Source: an uncultured Chloroflexia bacterium (GTDB taxonomy: Bacteria; Chloroflexota; Limnocylindria; Limnocylindrales; CSP1-4). Taken from it: a stretch of DNA of 64,000 nt. Location: contig CAWFXA010000002.1 of the NCBI GenBank assembly GCA_963819655.1, forward strand, positions 896,001-960,000, given 5' to 3'. Below, piece by piece: positions 50,624-61,441 of this stretch (positions within the stretch are counted from its first letter, which is position 1; every line of letters begins with the position of its first letter). The notes beneath the pieces were generated by a model. The model worked only from the letters and a program-made list of their open reading frames with translations. It did no database searches and was not told the DNA's origin. The position numbers and the translations under genes are program-made.

Positions 50624-51859
50624 GTGTTGATCGGTCGGGACGAGCTCGGACACCGGAGCGAGACCGTTCGGCGGGCGAACCTGAGCACGATCGTGCGCGA
50701 ACTGCACGGCAGCGGCACGCTCTCGCGCTCCGAGCTCGTCGGCCGCACCGGCCTGACTCGGAGTGCGATCCGCGGACTCATCGGGGAGCTCGTCGCTGGC
50801 CGCCTTGCGACCGAGGGTCCAGCGACCCTCGATGGCACGCCGGGACGGCCATCGCCTCTCGTCCGGCCGGATCCGAACGGCGCCGTGGTCCTCGCTCTCG
50901 AGATCGCCGTCGACTCGCTCGCGGCAGCGACGGTCGGGCTCGGCGGCGAGGTCATGGACCTCGTCCGCGTCGATCTCCCGCGCGGACGCTCGAGCGTCGT
51001 CGATATCGCCGCCGAGCTGGCGGAGCTCGCGCGCTCAGTGCGGGATCGACTCCCGGCGCCGGACGCGATCGTCGGCGTCGGCGTCGCCGTGGTCGGTGTC
51101 GTGCGCCGCAGGGACGGCATGGTGTCGACGGCCCCCAACCTGGGCTGGCGCGATGAGCCGCTCGGCGTGCATCTTGCCGAGAGCCTCGGATGGGACGTGC
51201 CGATCGCGTTCGCCAACGACGCCGACCTGGCGGCCCTCGCGGAGCATCGACGTGGCGTCGCCCGCGGCATCGACGACGTCGTGCTCGTCTGGGGGTCGGT
51301 CGGCGTGGGCGGTGGCCTCATCGTCGATGGTGAGCCGCTGACGGGCGTCGCCGGCTACAGCGGCGAGGTCGGGCACATCCCGGTCAACCCCGACGGGCGG
51401 CCGTGTCGCTGCGGGTCGATCGGCTGCTGGGAGACCGAGGTCGGGACCAGCGCGCTACTGCGCCGCGCCGGTCGACCGGCGGAGGGCGGCAACGATGCGG
51501 TCAGTGCGGTCCTCGCCGATGCGGAGGCCGGCGACCCGGTCGCGCTCGCAGCCTTTGCAGAGACCGGCCGCTGGCTCGGCATCGGCCTCGCCGGCATCAT
51601 CAACATCCTCAACCCGGAGCTCGTCGTGCTCGGTGGACGGCTCAGTGCGAGCTACCCGTTCGTGCGCTCGGCGCTGGAAGCCGAGCTAGACCGTCGCGTC
51701 GTGCGCGCGTCGCGCCGGATCATGCATGTCGTAACTACCCGCCTCGGTGCCGATGCGCCCCTCATGGGCGCTGCCGAGCTGGCGTTCGAACCGTTACTCG
51801 CAGATCCCGCGGCATGGCTGCGTCCCCGCCTGGCCATGACCGCACTGGCGAGCGCGTGA
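50624..51859 (+). CDS. xylR: ROK-family repressor (XylR-like)
   Basis: VRRANL..SRSEL..TGLT HTH, GRP, NDA..AALAE, GEVGH, CRCGSIGCWE; xyl context. Confidence 0.88.
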   Translation: MLIGRDELGHRSETVRRANLSTIVRELHGSGTLSRSELVGRTGLTRSAIRGLIGELVAGRLATEGPATLDGTPGRPSPLVRPDPNGAVVLALEIAVDSLAAATVGLGGEVMDLVRVDLPRGRSSVVDIAAELAELARSVRDRLPAPDAIVGVGVAVVGVVRRRDGMVSTAPNLGWRDEPLGVHLAESLGWDVPIAFANDADLAALAEHRRGVARGIDDVVLVWGSVGVGGGLIVDGEPLTGVAGYSGEVGHIPVNPDGRPCRCGSIGCWETEVGTSALLRRAGRPAEGGNDAVSAVLADAEAGDPVALAAFAETGRWLGIGLAGIINILNPELVVLGGRLSASYPFVRSALEAELDRRVVRASRRIMHVVTTRLGADAPLMGAAELAFEPLLADPAAWLRPRLAMTALASA

Positions 51860-51968
51860 GGAGGCCGTAGAAAGGAGGGAACGAAGGGGGCGCGGGGCGT
51901 CACCGATGGTAGCCTTGGGTCCGACATCGGATCGCTCGAGGCGCAACCGCACAGGAGGAGAGTCAACG

Positions 51969-53096
51969 ATGTCCATTCGAAGGGTGGCCGCGCTCTCGTT
52001 GAGCGCCGTCCTACTTCTCGCCGCCTGCTCGACGGGCGGCGGTGCCTCATCGGCACCAAGCGCCGCAGCGAGCGCACCGGCTGCCAGCGAACCCGCAGCC
52101 AGCGCGTCGGGCAGCGCCGCCGCTACCGACTGCAAGGTCGGGGTGTCCTGGAACAACTTCAAGGAAGAGCGTTGGGCCAAGTGGGACGAGCCCAACATCA
52201 AGCAGGTCGTTGAGGGTGCGGGCGGCTCGTACGTCGGCACCGACGCGGGTTCGTCCGCCGAGAAGCAGGCGACGGACGTCGAGCAGCTCATCACCGACGG
52301 CGCGAAGGTGATCATCATCCTGGCCCAGGACGGCACGGCGATCCAGCCGACCGTGCAGGCCGCGGTTGATCAAGGCATCCCGGTCATCGCGTACGACCGC
52401 CTGATCGAGAACGAGAAGGCCTTCTACATCACCTTCGACAACCCGCTCGTCGGACAGCTGATGGCCGAGGAGATCGTCAAGGTCGTGCCCGCGGGCAACT
52501 ACGTGATCATCAAGGGCAACAGCGCCGACGCGAACTCCGACTTCCTGCGGGCGGGCATCGAGAAGGTCATCGGCGCTTCGGTCGCGTCCGGCGACATCAA
52601 GATCGTCGGCGAGGACTACACCGACAACTGGGATGCTGCCATCGCGCAGACCACCATGGAGCAGTTCCTCACCGCCGAGGACAACAAGGTCGACGCGGCC
52701 ATCGTGCTCAACGACGGCATGGCCGGAGGCGTCGTCGCGGCGCTCAAGGGCCAGGGCCTCGATGGCAAGGTCCCCGTCACGGGGCAGGACGCTGACAAGG
52801 CGGCCCTGAACCGCGTCGCGCTCGGCACCCAGCTCGTCAGCGTCGGCAAGGACGCTCGCCTGCTTGGCGCCGCGGCCGGCACCGCCGCCGTCGCGCTCTG
52901 CTCCGGCACTGCGCTCGCCGACGTCGCAGGCGCTGTCCAGTTCGAGACCCCCGAGAAGAAGATCATGATGAGCTCGATCTTCCTGCAGCCCGAGCCCATC
53001 ACCAAGGCCAACCTCCAGAAGGCCATCGACAACGAATGGGTCACCAAGGAGGAACTCTGCAAGGACGTGCCCGCCGGGTCCGTCGCCCCCTGCTGA
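51969..53096 (+). CDS. xylF: D-xylose ABC transporter substrate-binding lipoprotein
   Basis: LLAAC lipobox; EERWAKWD, AYDRL, FDN, NDG, GQD; AGGAGG RBS. Confidence 0.88.
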   Translation: MSIRRVAALSLSAVLLLAACSTGGGASSAPSAAASAPAASEPAASASGSAAATDCKVGVSWNNFKEERWAKWDEPNIKQVVEGAGGSYVGTDAGSSAEKQATDVEQLITDGAKVIIILAQDGTAIQPTVQAAVDQGIPVIAYDRLIENEKAFYITFDNPLVGQLMAEEIVKVVPAGNYVIIKGNSADANSDFLRAGIEKVIGASVASGDIKIVGEDYTDNWDAAIAQTTMEQFLTAEDNKVDAAIVLNDGMAGGVVAALKGQGLDGKVPVTGQDADKAALNRVALGTQLVSVGKDARLLGAAAGTAAVALCSGTALADVAGAVQFETPEKKIMMSSIFLQPEPITKANLQKAIDNEWVTKEELCKDVPAGSVAPC

Positions 53097-53119
53097 GATC
53101 CGCCCCAGCGCGATCATTC

Positions 53120-53154
53120 ACGCGCCCTGCTCCGCGCCGCGGAGCAGGGCGCGT
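53120..53154 (+). other. Intercistronic hairpin (mRNA stabiliser or partial terminator)
   Basis: Perfect 16-bp stem ACGCGCCCTGCTCCGC / GCGGAGCAGGGCGCGT between xylF and xylH. Confidence 0.8.
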
Positions 53155-53185
53155 CGCCAATCCCCGGCAGTGAGGGAGCCGCTCG

Positions 53186-54508
53186 ATGAGCCAGAGCACC
53201 GTCGCCGCCGCCGCAGAGGCGGGAGCCAGACCCCCTCGGCCCTTGCGGTCGATGCTCCTATCGATGGAGATCGACACACGGTTGCTGGGCATGATCGGGG
53301 CAACGGCCGTCATCTGGATCGTGTTCAACATCCTGTCCGGAGGGTCGTTCCTCACAGCTCGTAACCTCTGGAACCTCTCGGTCCAGTCGGCGGCGGTCGC
53401 GGTCATGGCCTCCGGCATGGTCCTGATCATCGTGTCCCGGAATATCGACCTGTCCGTGGGGTCCATGCTCGGGTTCACGGGGATGTTCATGGCGCTCATG
53501 CAGGCCGAGTGGCTGCCCAACACTCTTGGGCTCGGCCTGGGCAACCCGTTGACCTGGATCATCGCCCTGGCCGCGGGCATCATCGTCGGCATCGCCGTCG
53601 GCGGCCTGCAAGGGCTCCTGGTCGCCTACGTGGGCATCCCATCGTTCATCGTCACGCTCGGCGGGCTGCTCGTCTGGCGCGGCTTCGCATGGACCCTGGC
53701 CTCGGGTCGGACGATCGCCCCCCTGGACGGCACCTTCCTGCTCCTGGGCGGCGGACCCAGAGGATCCGTCGGGGCCACCATCTCGTGGATCATCGGCGGC
53801 CTTGCCGTTGCCGCGTTGATCTATGCCCTGATCAGCGGCCGGCGACGCCGACGCCGCTACGGCTTCCCGGTCCGCCCGATGTGGGCCGAGATCACGATCG
53901 GCCTGGTCGGTGGTATCGGCGCCTTCGGCGCGGTCTGGATCGCCAACAACTACTTCTGGCCCGAGGGCCTGGCCCGTGCGTTCGCCGAGGCCAATGGCAT
54001 CGCCTGGCCGGTCGGCGGACTGCAGATCCCGACCGGCATCGCCAACCCCGTGCTCATCGCGATCGGCGTGACGGTGATCATGACCATGCTCGCCACCCGG
54101 CGTCGCTTCGGTCGTTATGTCTACGCGATCGGCGGCAACCCCGAAGCGGCCGAGCTGGGTGGCATCAACACCAAGCGGATCATCATGATGACCTTCGTCC
54201 TCATGGGCGTCCTCGCTGCCGTCAGCGGTGCGATCTCGATCGCCCGCCTCGAGTCGGCGGTCGTCGGCCTCGGGGTTGGCGCGGAACTGGCGGTCATCGC
54301 CGCCGTCGTCATCGGCGGAACGTCGTTCGCGGGCGGCATCGGCACCATCCCCGGCGCGGTCTTCGGCGCCGTTCTCATGCAGTCGCTCCAGTCGGGCATG
54401 GCCCTCCTGAAGGTCGCCGCCCCCATCCAGGACATCATCGTCGGCATCGTGCTCGTCACGGCGGTCGGTCTCGATATCGTTCTCCGGCGTCGAGCTGGGA
54501 GGCCCTGA
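53186..54508 (+). CDS. xylH: Sugar ABC transporter permease
   Basis: [38 protein letters not shown]. Confidence 0.9.
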   Translation: MSQSTVAAAAEAGARPPRPLRSMLLSMEIDTRLLGMIGATAVIWIVFNILSGGSFLTARNLWNLSVQSAAVAVMASGMVLIIVSRNIDLSVGSMLGFTGMFMALMQAEWLPNTLGLGLGNPLTWIIALAAGIIVGIAVGGLQGLLVAYVGIPSFIVTLGGLLVWRGFAWTLASGRTIAPLDGTFLLLGGGPRGSVGATISWIIGGLAVAALIYALISGRRRRRRYGFPVRPMWAEITIGLVGGIGAFGAVWIANNYFWPEGLARAFAEANGIAWPVGGLQIPTGIANPVLIAIGVTVIMTMLATRRRFGRYVYAIGGNPEAAELGGINTKRIIMMTFVLMGVLAAVSGAISIARLESAVVGLGVGAELAVIAAVVIGGTSFAGGIGTIPGAVFGAVLMQSLQSGMALLKVAAPIQDIIVGIVLVTAVGLDIVLRRRAGRP

Positions 54509-55389
54509 TGACCCTCGCCCGATCCGGGACGCCTGAGCCCCAGCCGCCACAGCCTGCGGTCACGGATCCCGCCACCGATCCGGTCGTGGCGCCACCGGCG
54601 GCCACCTCCGTCGGGACGGCGCCGCTCGTCGAGATGCGGGACATCCGCGTCTCGTTCGGCGGCGTCCACGCCGTCGACGGCGTGAGCGTGGATCTCCAGG
54701 CCGGCGAGGTCGTCGGCCTGGTCGGCGGCAATGGCGCCGGCAAGTCGACCCTCATGCGGGTCCTGTCCGGTGCCCACCTCGCCGATTCCGGCCAGATCCA
54801 GGTCGACGGCGAGGAGGTCACGATCAACAACCCTCGCGACGCGAAGGCCATGGGGATCGAGACGATCTACCAGACCCTCGCGCTGGCGGACAACGTGGAC
54901 GCTGCGGCCAACCTGTTCCTTGGCCGTGAGCTGACCACGCGCTTCGGGTCACTCGACGACTCCGCCATGGAGTCCGCGACTCGCAAGGTCATGGGCCGGC
55001 TCAACCCCCGGTTCAGGAACTTCAAGGCCCCCGTCAAGTCCCTGTCGGGCGGCCAGCGCCAGTCCGTGGCCATCGCCCGGGCGATCCACTTCAACGCCCG
55101 GATCCTGATCATGGACGAGCCGACTGCGGCGCTCGGTCCAGCCGAGACCAACCAGGTCCGCGAGCTCGTGGCCCAGCTCAAGGACGAGGGCATCGGCATC
55201 TTCCTGATCAGCCACGACATCCATGACGTGTTCGACCTCGCCGATCGGATCAGCGTCATGCTCCAGGGCAAGCTCGTGGGCACGGTCAACAAGGACGACG
55301 TGACCAAGGACGAGGTCCTGGCGATGATCATCATGGGCCGAAAGCCCGGCGAGGTCACGGAGCGCGACCTCGCCGAGCTGCACGGCTAG
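54508..55389 (+). CDS. Sugar ABC transporter ATPase, single domain (XylG-like)
   Basis: [22 protein letters not shown]. Confidence 0.92.
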   Translation: MTLARSGTPEPQPPQPAVTDPATDPVVAPPAATSVGTAPLVEMRDIRVSFGGVHAVDGVSVDLQAGEVVGLVGGNGAGKSTLMRVLSGAHLADSGQIQVDGEEVTINNPRDAKAMGIETIYQTLALADNVDAAANLFLGRELTTRFGSLDDSAMESATRKVMGRLNPRFRNFKAPVKSLSGGQRQSVAIARAIHFNARILIMDEPTAALGPAETNQVRELVAQLKDEGIGIFLISHDIHDVFDLADRISVMLQGKLVGTVNKDDVTKDEVLAMIIMGRKPGEVTERDLAELHG

Positions 55390-56870
55390 AGCCGTCTGAA
55401 CGAGGGCGCCAGGGCGGGGTACAGCTCGCGGTATGCGGCGTGGACCTCGGCGTAGTGGCCGGCGTCCGGTCCGGGTGATGCCGCCGGCCTGATCCGGACG
55501 AAGGCGCGGGCCACCTCCTCGACCGTCGCATGCCAGCCGGCCCCCACCGCCCCCAGCAACGCCGCCCCGTAGGCGGCACCCTCCGTCGTCTCGACCGTCG
55601 CCAGCTCGGTCCCGAGCACGTCGGCCAGGATCTGCCGCCAGAGAGGACTGGCGGTCCCACCACCGGATGCTCTGATCTGATCCGGCGCCGGCATCCCGGT
55701 CGCGATCATCTGGTCGAGGCCGTCACGCAGGCCGAAGGCCACGCCCTCCAACACGGCTCGCGTGAGGTGCCGGCGATCGTGTGCGAGCGACAGCCCGACG
55801 AACGCGCCGCGTGCCTGGGGATCCGGATGGGGGCTCCGCTCGCCGCTGAGATACGGGAGGAACAGCAACCCGTCAGAGCCCGCCGCCACGCTGCCCGCCG
55901 CCGCGACCAGCGTCCCGAAATCCTCGCCCGGTGCGAGCGTGTCGCGGAACCAGCGCAGGCTGCCCGCCGCCGACAACATCACCGTCATCAGGTGCCAGCG
56001 CCCCGGCACGGCGTGACAGAACGCGTGGACCTGACCGGCCGGATCGCGGAGCGGCCGATCGGTGGTGGCGAACACGACCCCGGACGTGCCGAGCGAGAGC
56101 GCGACGACGCCGGGATCGACCGCGCCGACCCCGACCGCGTTCGCGGCCTGATCGCCGCCGCCGGCGATGACCGGGGTGCCGGCACGCAGACCGGTCGCCT
56201 CAGCCGCGGCCGTCGAGACCGTGCCCGTCACCTCCGGACCCTCGAAGGTCGGCGGCAGCCAGACCGGCTCGATCCCCAGGGCCTCGACGACCTCCCGCGA
56301 CCAGTCACGGCCCGCGAGGTCGAACAGGATCGTGCCCGCGCCATCGGCCTTGTCGAGGGCATGATCGCCGGTCAGCCGGAGCCGCACGTAGTCCTTGGGC
56401 AGGAGCACGTGGGCGACGCGCGACCACACGTCCGGTTCGTTGTCCCGGACCCAGACCAGCTTCGGTGAGGTGAAACCGGTCAGCGCGTCATTGCCGGTGA
56501 TCTCGATGAGGCGCTGCGGCCCGACCGCCTCGCGGATCGCATCGCACGCGGCGGCCGTGCGCTGGTCGTTCCACAGGATCGCCGGTCGGAGCACGGCGTC
56601 GTCCGCACCCAGCAACACGAGTCCGTGCATCTGACCGGTCAGACCGATGGCCGCGACCGCGTCGCCCGAGATGCCGGTCGAGCCCAACACCCCCCGGATC
56701 GCGGCGACCGTCGCGTCCCACCACAGGGTCGGTGATTGCTCCGTCCAACCGGGACGCGGGATCTCGAAGTCGTACTCGCTGACCCCGATCCCGACGACGG
56801 TCCCACCTTCGTCGACGAGGACCGCCTTGGTCGCGGTCGTCGACGTGTCGATGCCGACGACGTGGCGCAT
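55386..56870 (-). CDS. xylB: Xylulokinase
   Basis: [37 protein letters not shown]. Confidence 0.95.
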   Translation of the reverse strand: MRHVVGIDTSTTATKAVLVDEGGTVVGIGVSEYDFEIPRPGWTEQSPTLWWDATVAAIRGVLGSTGISGDAVAAIGLTGQMHGLVLLGADDAVLRPAILWNDQRTAAACDAIREAVGPQRLIEITGNDALTGFTSPKLVWVRDNEPDVWSRVAHVLLPKDYVRLRLTGDHALDKADGAGTILFDLAGRDWSREVVEALGIEPVWLPPTFEGPEVTGTVSTAAAEATGLRAGTPVIAGGGDQAANAVGVGAVDPGVVALSLGTSGVVFATTDRPLRDPAGQVHAFCHAVPGRWHLMTVMLSAAGSLRWFRDTLAPGEDFGTLVAAAGSVAAGSDGLLFLPYLSGERSPHPDPQARGAFVGLSLAHDRRHLTRAVLEGVAFGLRDGLDQMIATGMPAPDQIRASGGGTASPLWRQILADVLGTELATVETTEGAAYGAALLGAVGAGWHATVEEVARAFVRIRPAASPGPDAGHYAEVHAAYRELYPALAPSFRRL

Positions 56871-56875
56871 CCCGG

Positions 56876-58240
56876 TCAGCGCCGTGGGCCGGTCGTCACC
56901 CGCGACGCGTCTGCCGACCAGACGGACTGGTTGACCAGGTTCTCGAGAAGCTCCTGGTGCCCGGACTGTGGGCTCGGGGAGATCGCGCCTGACGCCACCT
57001 TGGATTCGAGCGATTCCAGCGACTCCGCGCCATCGAGGATCGCCCGGCCGATCGGTCCGTCCCAGCCGGCATACCGCTCGGCCTTGCGTTCGGCCAACTC
57101 ACCACGCTCGATGAGGTCGGCCGCGACGAGCAGCGCGCGGGCCAGCGTGTCGAGGCCGCCGATGTGCGCATGGAACAGGTCGGTTCGGTGCGTACTCTGC
57201 CGACGCAGCTTCGCATCGAAGTTGAAGCCGCCAGGGTCGATGCCGCCGTGCTGCAGGATCTCGTAGAGCGGCAGTGCCAGATCCTCGACCGAGTTCGGGA
57301 ACTGGTCGGTATCCCAGCCGTTCTGCGGATCGCCCCGGTTCGCATCGATGCTGCCGAGGCTGCCGTTGGCGACCGCGAACGCGACCTCGTGATGGAAGCT
57401 GTGCCCCGCGAGCGTCGCGTGGTTGGCCTCGATGTTGACGCGGTACTCGCCCTCGAGGCCGTGCCGGACGAGGAAGCCGTGGACCGTGGCGACGTCGTAG
57501 TCGTACTGGTGCTTGGTCGGCTCCATCGGCTTGGGTTCGATCAGCAGCTGCCCGTCGAATCCGATGCGATGCTTGTGCTCGGCCACGAGGGACAGGAAGC
57601 GGGCCAGCTGCTCGCCCTCGCGCCGCAGGTCGGTATTGAGCAGGGTGTCGTAGCCCTCCCGGCCGCCCCACAGGACGTAGTTCTGGCCGCCCAGCCGGTG
57701 GGTGACTTCGAGCATGTGCTTGACCTGGGCGGCCGCATAGGCGAACACCAGCGGGTCCGGGTTGGTCGCGGCCCCGGCCTGGTAGCGCGGATGGGTGAAC
57801 AGGTTTGCCGTCCCCCACAGCAATCGCACTCCGGTCCGGTCCTGGTAGCCCGCCGCGTCGTCCACGAGCGCATCGAGGTTCGCGCGGAACTCCGCGAAGG
57901 TGTCGCCCTCCGGCGCGACATCCCGATCGTGGAAGCAGTAGTAGGGGATGTCGATCTTCGAGAAGAACTCGAAGGCAACGGCCATCTTGGTCCGGGCGTC
58001 GGCCATCGGATCCCCGCTGCCCGCCAGCCAGGGCCGGTCCAGCGTCCCGATGCCGAACATGTCGAACCCAGGCCAGGCGAACGAATGCCAGAAGCAGACG
58101 CCGGGTCGGAGGTGCTCCTCCATCCGCTTTCCGAGCACGACCCGGTCCTTGTCGTAGACCTTGAAGGCGAGCGGGCTCGTCGAGTCGAGACCCTCGAACC
58201 GGATCGGCTCGGTGACCTCCGTGAAGAACGCGTCGCCCAC
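56876..58240 (-). CDS. xylA: Xylose isomerase (class II)
   Basis: [36 protein letters not shown]; GAGGAGG RBS before GTG. Confidence 0.97.
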   Translation of the reverse strand: MGDAFFTEVTEPIRFEGLDSTSPLAFKVYDKDRVVLGKRMEEHLRPGVCFWHSFAWPGFDMFGIGTLDRPWLAGSGDPMADARTKMAVAFEFFSKIDIPYYCFHDRDVAPEGDTFAEFRANLDALVDDAAGYQDRTGVRLLWGTANLFTHPRYQAGAATNPDPLVFAYAAAQVKHMLEVTHRLGGQNYVLWGGREGYDTLLNTDLRREGEQLARFLSLVAEHKHRIGFDGQLLIEPKPMEPTKHQYDYDVATVHGFLVRHGLEGEYRVNIEANHATLAGHSFHHEVAFAVANGSLGSIDANRGDPQNGWDTDQFPNSVEDLALPLYEILQHGGIDPGGFNFDAKLRRQSTHRTDLFHAHIGGLDTLARALLVAADLIERGELAERKAERYAGWDGPIGRAILDGAESLESLESKVASGAISPSPQSGHQELLENLVNQSVWSADASRVTTGPRR

Positions 58241-58296
58241 CGCCGGATCCTCCTCGAAAACCCTCAGTCCACCCGCGCCCGCAGCGTAGCACCGCG

Positions 58297-58320
58297 ATTT
58301 GTAGGAGCGAAGCACAAACC
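58297..58320. promoter_or_regulatory. Putative XylR operator upstream of xylA
   Basis: ATTTGTAGGAGCGAAGCACAAACC (TTTGT-N11-ACAAA), overlapping the -35 region of a TGnTACGCT promoter. Confidence 0.75.
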
Positions 58321-58364
58321 GTCGTCCCTGGCCCAGCGATGCTCCGCGCGAGGGACGCGGAGGT

Positions 58365-58655
58365 CTAGTGCAGGCGGCTGACGGGGACGTCCTCGGGTGG
58401 ACGGTCGAGTTCGATCACCTCCGCCTGGGGGCCGACCTCGGATGCGCTCGGGCCCGCGGCGTCCCGCTCGGGGTGCTCAGAGAAGTCGAAGTGGATCGTG
58501 TCCTCTTCCTGGACCCCACGCGGCCACCCGTACGAGCGGTAGCCGATGAACCCCAGACCGAAGGCCTCGAGCGCGCGGCCGTCGCGCGCATCGGCAAGCC
58601 AGCCGACGAGGGCGGCGCCGACGAGGAGCACGACGATCATGGTCGCGAGATCCAT
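58365..58655 (-). CDS. Small single-TM hypothetical protein
   Basis: [23 protein letters not shown]; AGAGG RBS. Confidence 0.65.
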   Translation of the reverse strand: MDLATMIVVLLVGAALVGWLADARDGRALEAFGLGFIGYRSYGWPRGVQEEDTIHFDFSEHPERDAAGPSASEVGPQAEVIELDRPPEDVPVSRLH

Positions 58656-58743
58656 GCGATGACCTCTGTTCGCCTCGACTGTGCTCCCGTCCCTGCGACT
58701 CGTCAACCGTAGGGTCGGCCCCATGCGGTGTAGCATCGCGGCC

Positions 58744-59973
58744 ATGACCGACCGGGATCCGAAGGGTTTCTCGACCCGCGCCATCCGCGCGGCCTCGCGC
58801 ACGCCGGCCGTGAATCAGCGGCCGACCACCGTTCCGATCTACCAGACCGCAACGTTCACCTCGACCGACGCCGAGGAGCTGGCCGACGTCGTCAGCGACG
58901 CCCGGGCCGGGTACTCGTATACCCGCCTCTCCAACCCGACCAGCCGCGCCCTGGGCGACGCCTTCGCCGAGATCTCCGGAGCGGAAGCCGGCACCTCGCT
59001 GTCCTCGGGCATGGGTGCGGTCCACGCGGCCCTCGGCTCGCAGCTCAAGGCGGGCGACCGGATCGTCGGTCCGCTTGCGGCATATGGCTCGACCCGCAAG
59101 CTCCTGAGCGACATCTTCACCCGGTTCGGAGTCCGCGTCGACCTCGTCGACATGACCGACAACACAGCTGTGGCCGCGGCCATCGCGGCGTCACCGACCA
59201 CGGTCGTCTACGCCGAGACGATCGCCAACCCGACGACCGTGGTGACCGATCACGCGACGGTCGCTCGGCTCGCGCACGAGCACGGGGCGACCTACCTGGT
59301 CGACAACACGTTCGCCTCGCCCTACGTCTGCCAGCCGGTCGAGCTCGGCGCGGACCTCGTCATCGAATCGGCGACCAAGTTCCTCGGTGGCCACAGCGAT
59401 GTCATCGCGGGCGTCGTCGCCGGCCGCGCCGACCTGGTCCGTCAGGTCGAGGCGTTTCAGAACGACACGGGCGGCACCATCGGCCCCTTCGATGCGTTCC
59501 TCGTCCTGCGCGGGCTGCTGACGCTGGGCGTGCGGATGGAGCGCCATTCCGGGAATGCCGCGGCACTCGGGGCGTGGCTCGAGCGTCAGGATGGCGTGGT
59601 CCGCGTCCTGTATCCAGGTCTTCCCAGCCATCCACAGCATGATGTCGCCGTCCGCCAGTTCCGCGACGGCGTCTCCGGAGGGATGCTCGCCTTCGACGTC
59701 GAGGGCGGTCGCGAGGCCGGTCAGGCGATCATCGATGCGATGGCCCTCCCCGAGCTGACGGCCTCGCTCGGCAGCGTCCACACGTTCGTCGTCCACCCGC
59801 CATCGACCTCCCAGCGCCAGCTCTCGGAGGACGAGCTGGTCGCGTCGGGCATCAACCCGGGTCTGCTGCGCGTGTCCGTGGGCCTCGAGGATGTCGAGGA
59901 TCTGCAGGCAGACTTCGCCGCCGCACTCGAGGTCGCACGCGGCGCGGCGCGCCGCGCCACGGTCGGCGTCTAG
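58744..59973 (+). CDS. Cys/Met metabolism PLP enzyme (cystathionine gamma-synthase / Met gamma-lyase family)
   Basis: [44 protein letters not shown]. Confidence 0.93.
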   Translation: MTDRDPKGFSTRAIRAASRTPAVNQRPTTVPIYQTATFTSTDAEELADVVSDARAGYSYTRLSNPTSRALGDAFAEISGAEAGTSLSSGMGAVHAALGSQLKAGDRIVGPLAAYGSTRKLLSDIFTRFGVRVDLVDMTDNTAVAAAIAASPTTVVYAETIANPTTVVTDHATVARLAHEHGATYLVDNTFASPYVCQPVELGADLVIESATKFLGGHSDVIAGVVAGRADLVRQVEAFQNDTGGTIGPFDAFLVLRGLLTLGVRMERHSGNAAALGAWLERQDGVVRVLYPGLPSHPQHDVAVRQFRDGVSGGMLAFDVEGGREAGQAIIDAMALPELTASLGSVHTFVVHPPSTSQRQLSEDELVASGINPGLLRVSVGLEDVEDLQADFAAALEVARGAARRATVGV

Positions 59974-59983
59974 CCTCTATCCC

Positions 59984-61426
59984 GTGGCGACACCGGCCGC
60001 TGTCCGGGCGACGAGCGCCGCGGGCATCCCCACCAACCCGCTCGCCCAGCTCGGCCGCGGCATCTGGCGCCTGCTGACGTCGGTCGACTTCGCGGTCGTC
60101 CAGATCATCTTCCTGTCGATCCTTGCGGTGATCGGCATGACCCTCCAGCAGCTGCCCGACTTCGCGTTCCGCTCACCGGGTGACTACGCGAACGCCATCG
60201 AGGCCATCCACATCCGCTACGACCCGGTGCTGGGTCCCGGGCTGGTCAATGTCCTCGAGCGGCTCGGCGCGTTCTCGATCTTCAAGTCGGCGATCTTCGG
60301 GATCGGCCTTGTCGTCCTGGTCGTGTCGATCGTCGTGTGCACGCTGGATCGCACCCCGCGTCTGTGGCGGGACGTGTCCGTGGTGCGGGTCGCGCAACCC
60401 GAGCCATTCTTCGATCCGCGGGTCCCCGACCGGGCGGCCATGACCGGCATCGCCGGCACCGACCTGCTGCGGCTCGTCCGCAGCCGGGGCTTTCATGTCC
60501 GTGAGGAGACGACCGCCGACGGCACGACCTACGTCTACGGCGACCGCCACCAGTACACGAAGCTCGCCACGCTGCTGACCCACCTCGGCCTGATCCTCTT
60601 CCTCGTCGCGGCCGCGGTCACGTCGCGCTTCGGCGACGAACAAGGGCTGGTCGTCCCCGAGGGCGAGTCGCTGACCGTTCAGAGCATCGGCACCCGCGAC
60701 CTGTTGCTGGTCAAGAACCTCGACTTCGAGGCGCCGGGCTTCGAGACCGGCATGCCGACCGACTTCACGACCGACCTCGCGGTCTTCCAGAACGGCACCG
60801 AGGTGGCTCGCAAGACGATCCGCGTCAACGATCCGCTCGCGATCGGCGGGTACACATTCCACCAGAACGGATTCGGACCCGCGCCGCACCTGGTCATCCG
60901 TGACACCGCCGGCGCGCCGCTGTGGGACGCCAAGGTGCCGATGACCTCGTCCGCCGGCGGCGCACCGTACGAGACGATGGCGGTCCCCGGTCGGGACCTC
61001 GGGCTGCAACTGCTCCTCGGGCGGAACGAGGTCGGCGAGGGCATCCTGGTCGTGCTGCCCTATCGCATCCTCGGTACCAACCCGGACGGGACAGATCGGA
61101 TCCAGAATTTCGACGCCGTCCAGCTCCGGCGCGGCGACGAGAAGGTGTCCGATGCGCTGGGCCTCTCGATCACACTCGCCGACTTCGGCGAGTACACGCT
61201 GCTCATCGCGAAGCGCGACCCGGGCCAGGGCATCGTGTGGGCCGCGTTCTTGTGTCTCATCGCCGGCATCACCATCTCGTTCTATCGCCCGCGCCGTCGG
61301 ATATGGGCCAGGCTCGCACCCGATGGGCGCCTCGGGCTGGTCTTCCGCGCGGATCGCTACGTCGACGTCGAGCGCGAGTTCGGGGCGTTACTCGACGACC
61401 TCGTCGCGGTCCGTCGACCCGCGTGA
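59984..61426 (+). CDS. resB: Cytochrome c biogenesis protein ResB/Ccs1
   Basis: LLTSVDFA..GMTLQQ, CTLDR, THLGL, IRVNDPL, RDPG..IVW. Confidence 0.85.
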   Translation: MATPAAVRATSAAGIPTNPLAQLGRGIWRLLTSVDFAVVQIIFLSILAVIGMTLQQLPDFAFRSPGDYANAIEAIHIRYDPVLGPGLVNVLERLGAFSIFKSAIFGIGLVVLVVSIVVCTLDRTPRLWRDVSVVRVAQPEPFFDPRVPDRAAMTGIAGTDLLRLVRSRGFHVREETTADGTTYVYGDRHQYTKLATLLTHLGLILFLVAAAVTSRFGDEQGLVVPEGESLTVQSIGTRDLLLVKNLDFEAPGFETGMPTDFTTDLAVFQNGTEVARKTIRVNDPLAIGGYTFHQNGFGPAPHLVIRDTAGAPLWDAKVPMTSSAGGAPYETMAVPGRDLGLQLLLGRNEVGEGILVVLPYRILGTNPDGTDRIQNFDAVQLRRGDEKVSDALGLSITLADFGEYTLLIAKRDPGQGIVWAAFLCLIAGITISFYRPRRRIWARLAPDGRLGLVFRADRYVDVEREFGALLDDLVAVRRPA

Positions 61427-61441
61427 CGCCCTGAGCGCTCG

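Noticed and set aside
51865-51890. Purine-rich tract before xylF as a XylR operator
   Set aside because: Lacks the ACAAA arm and the correct spacing
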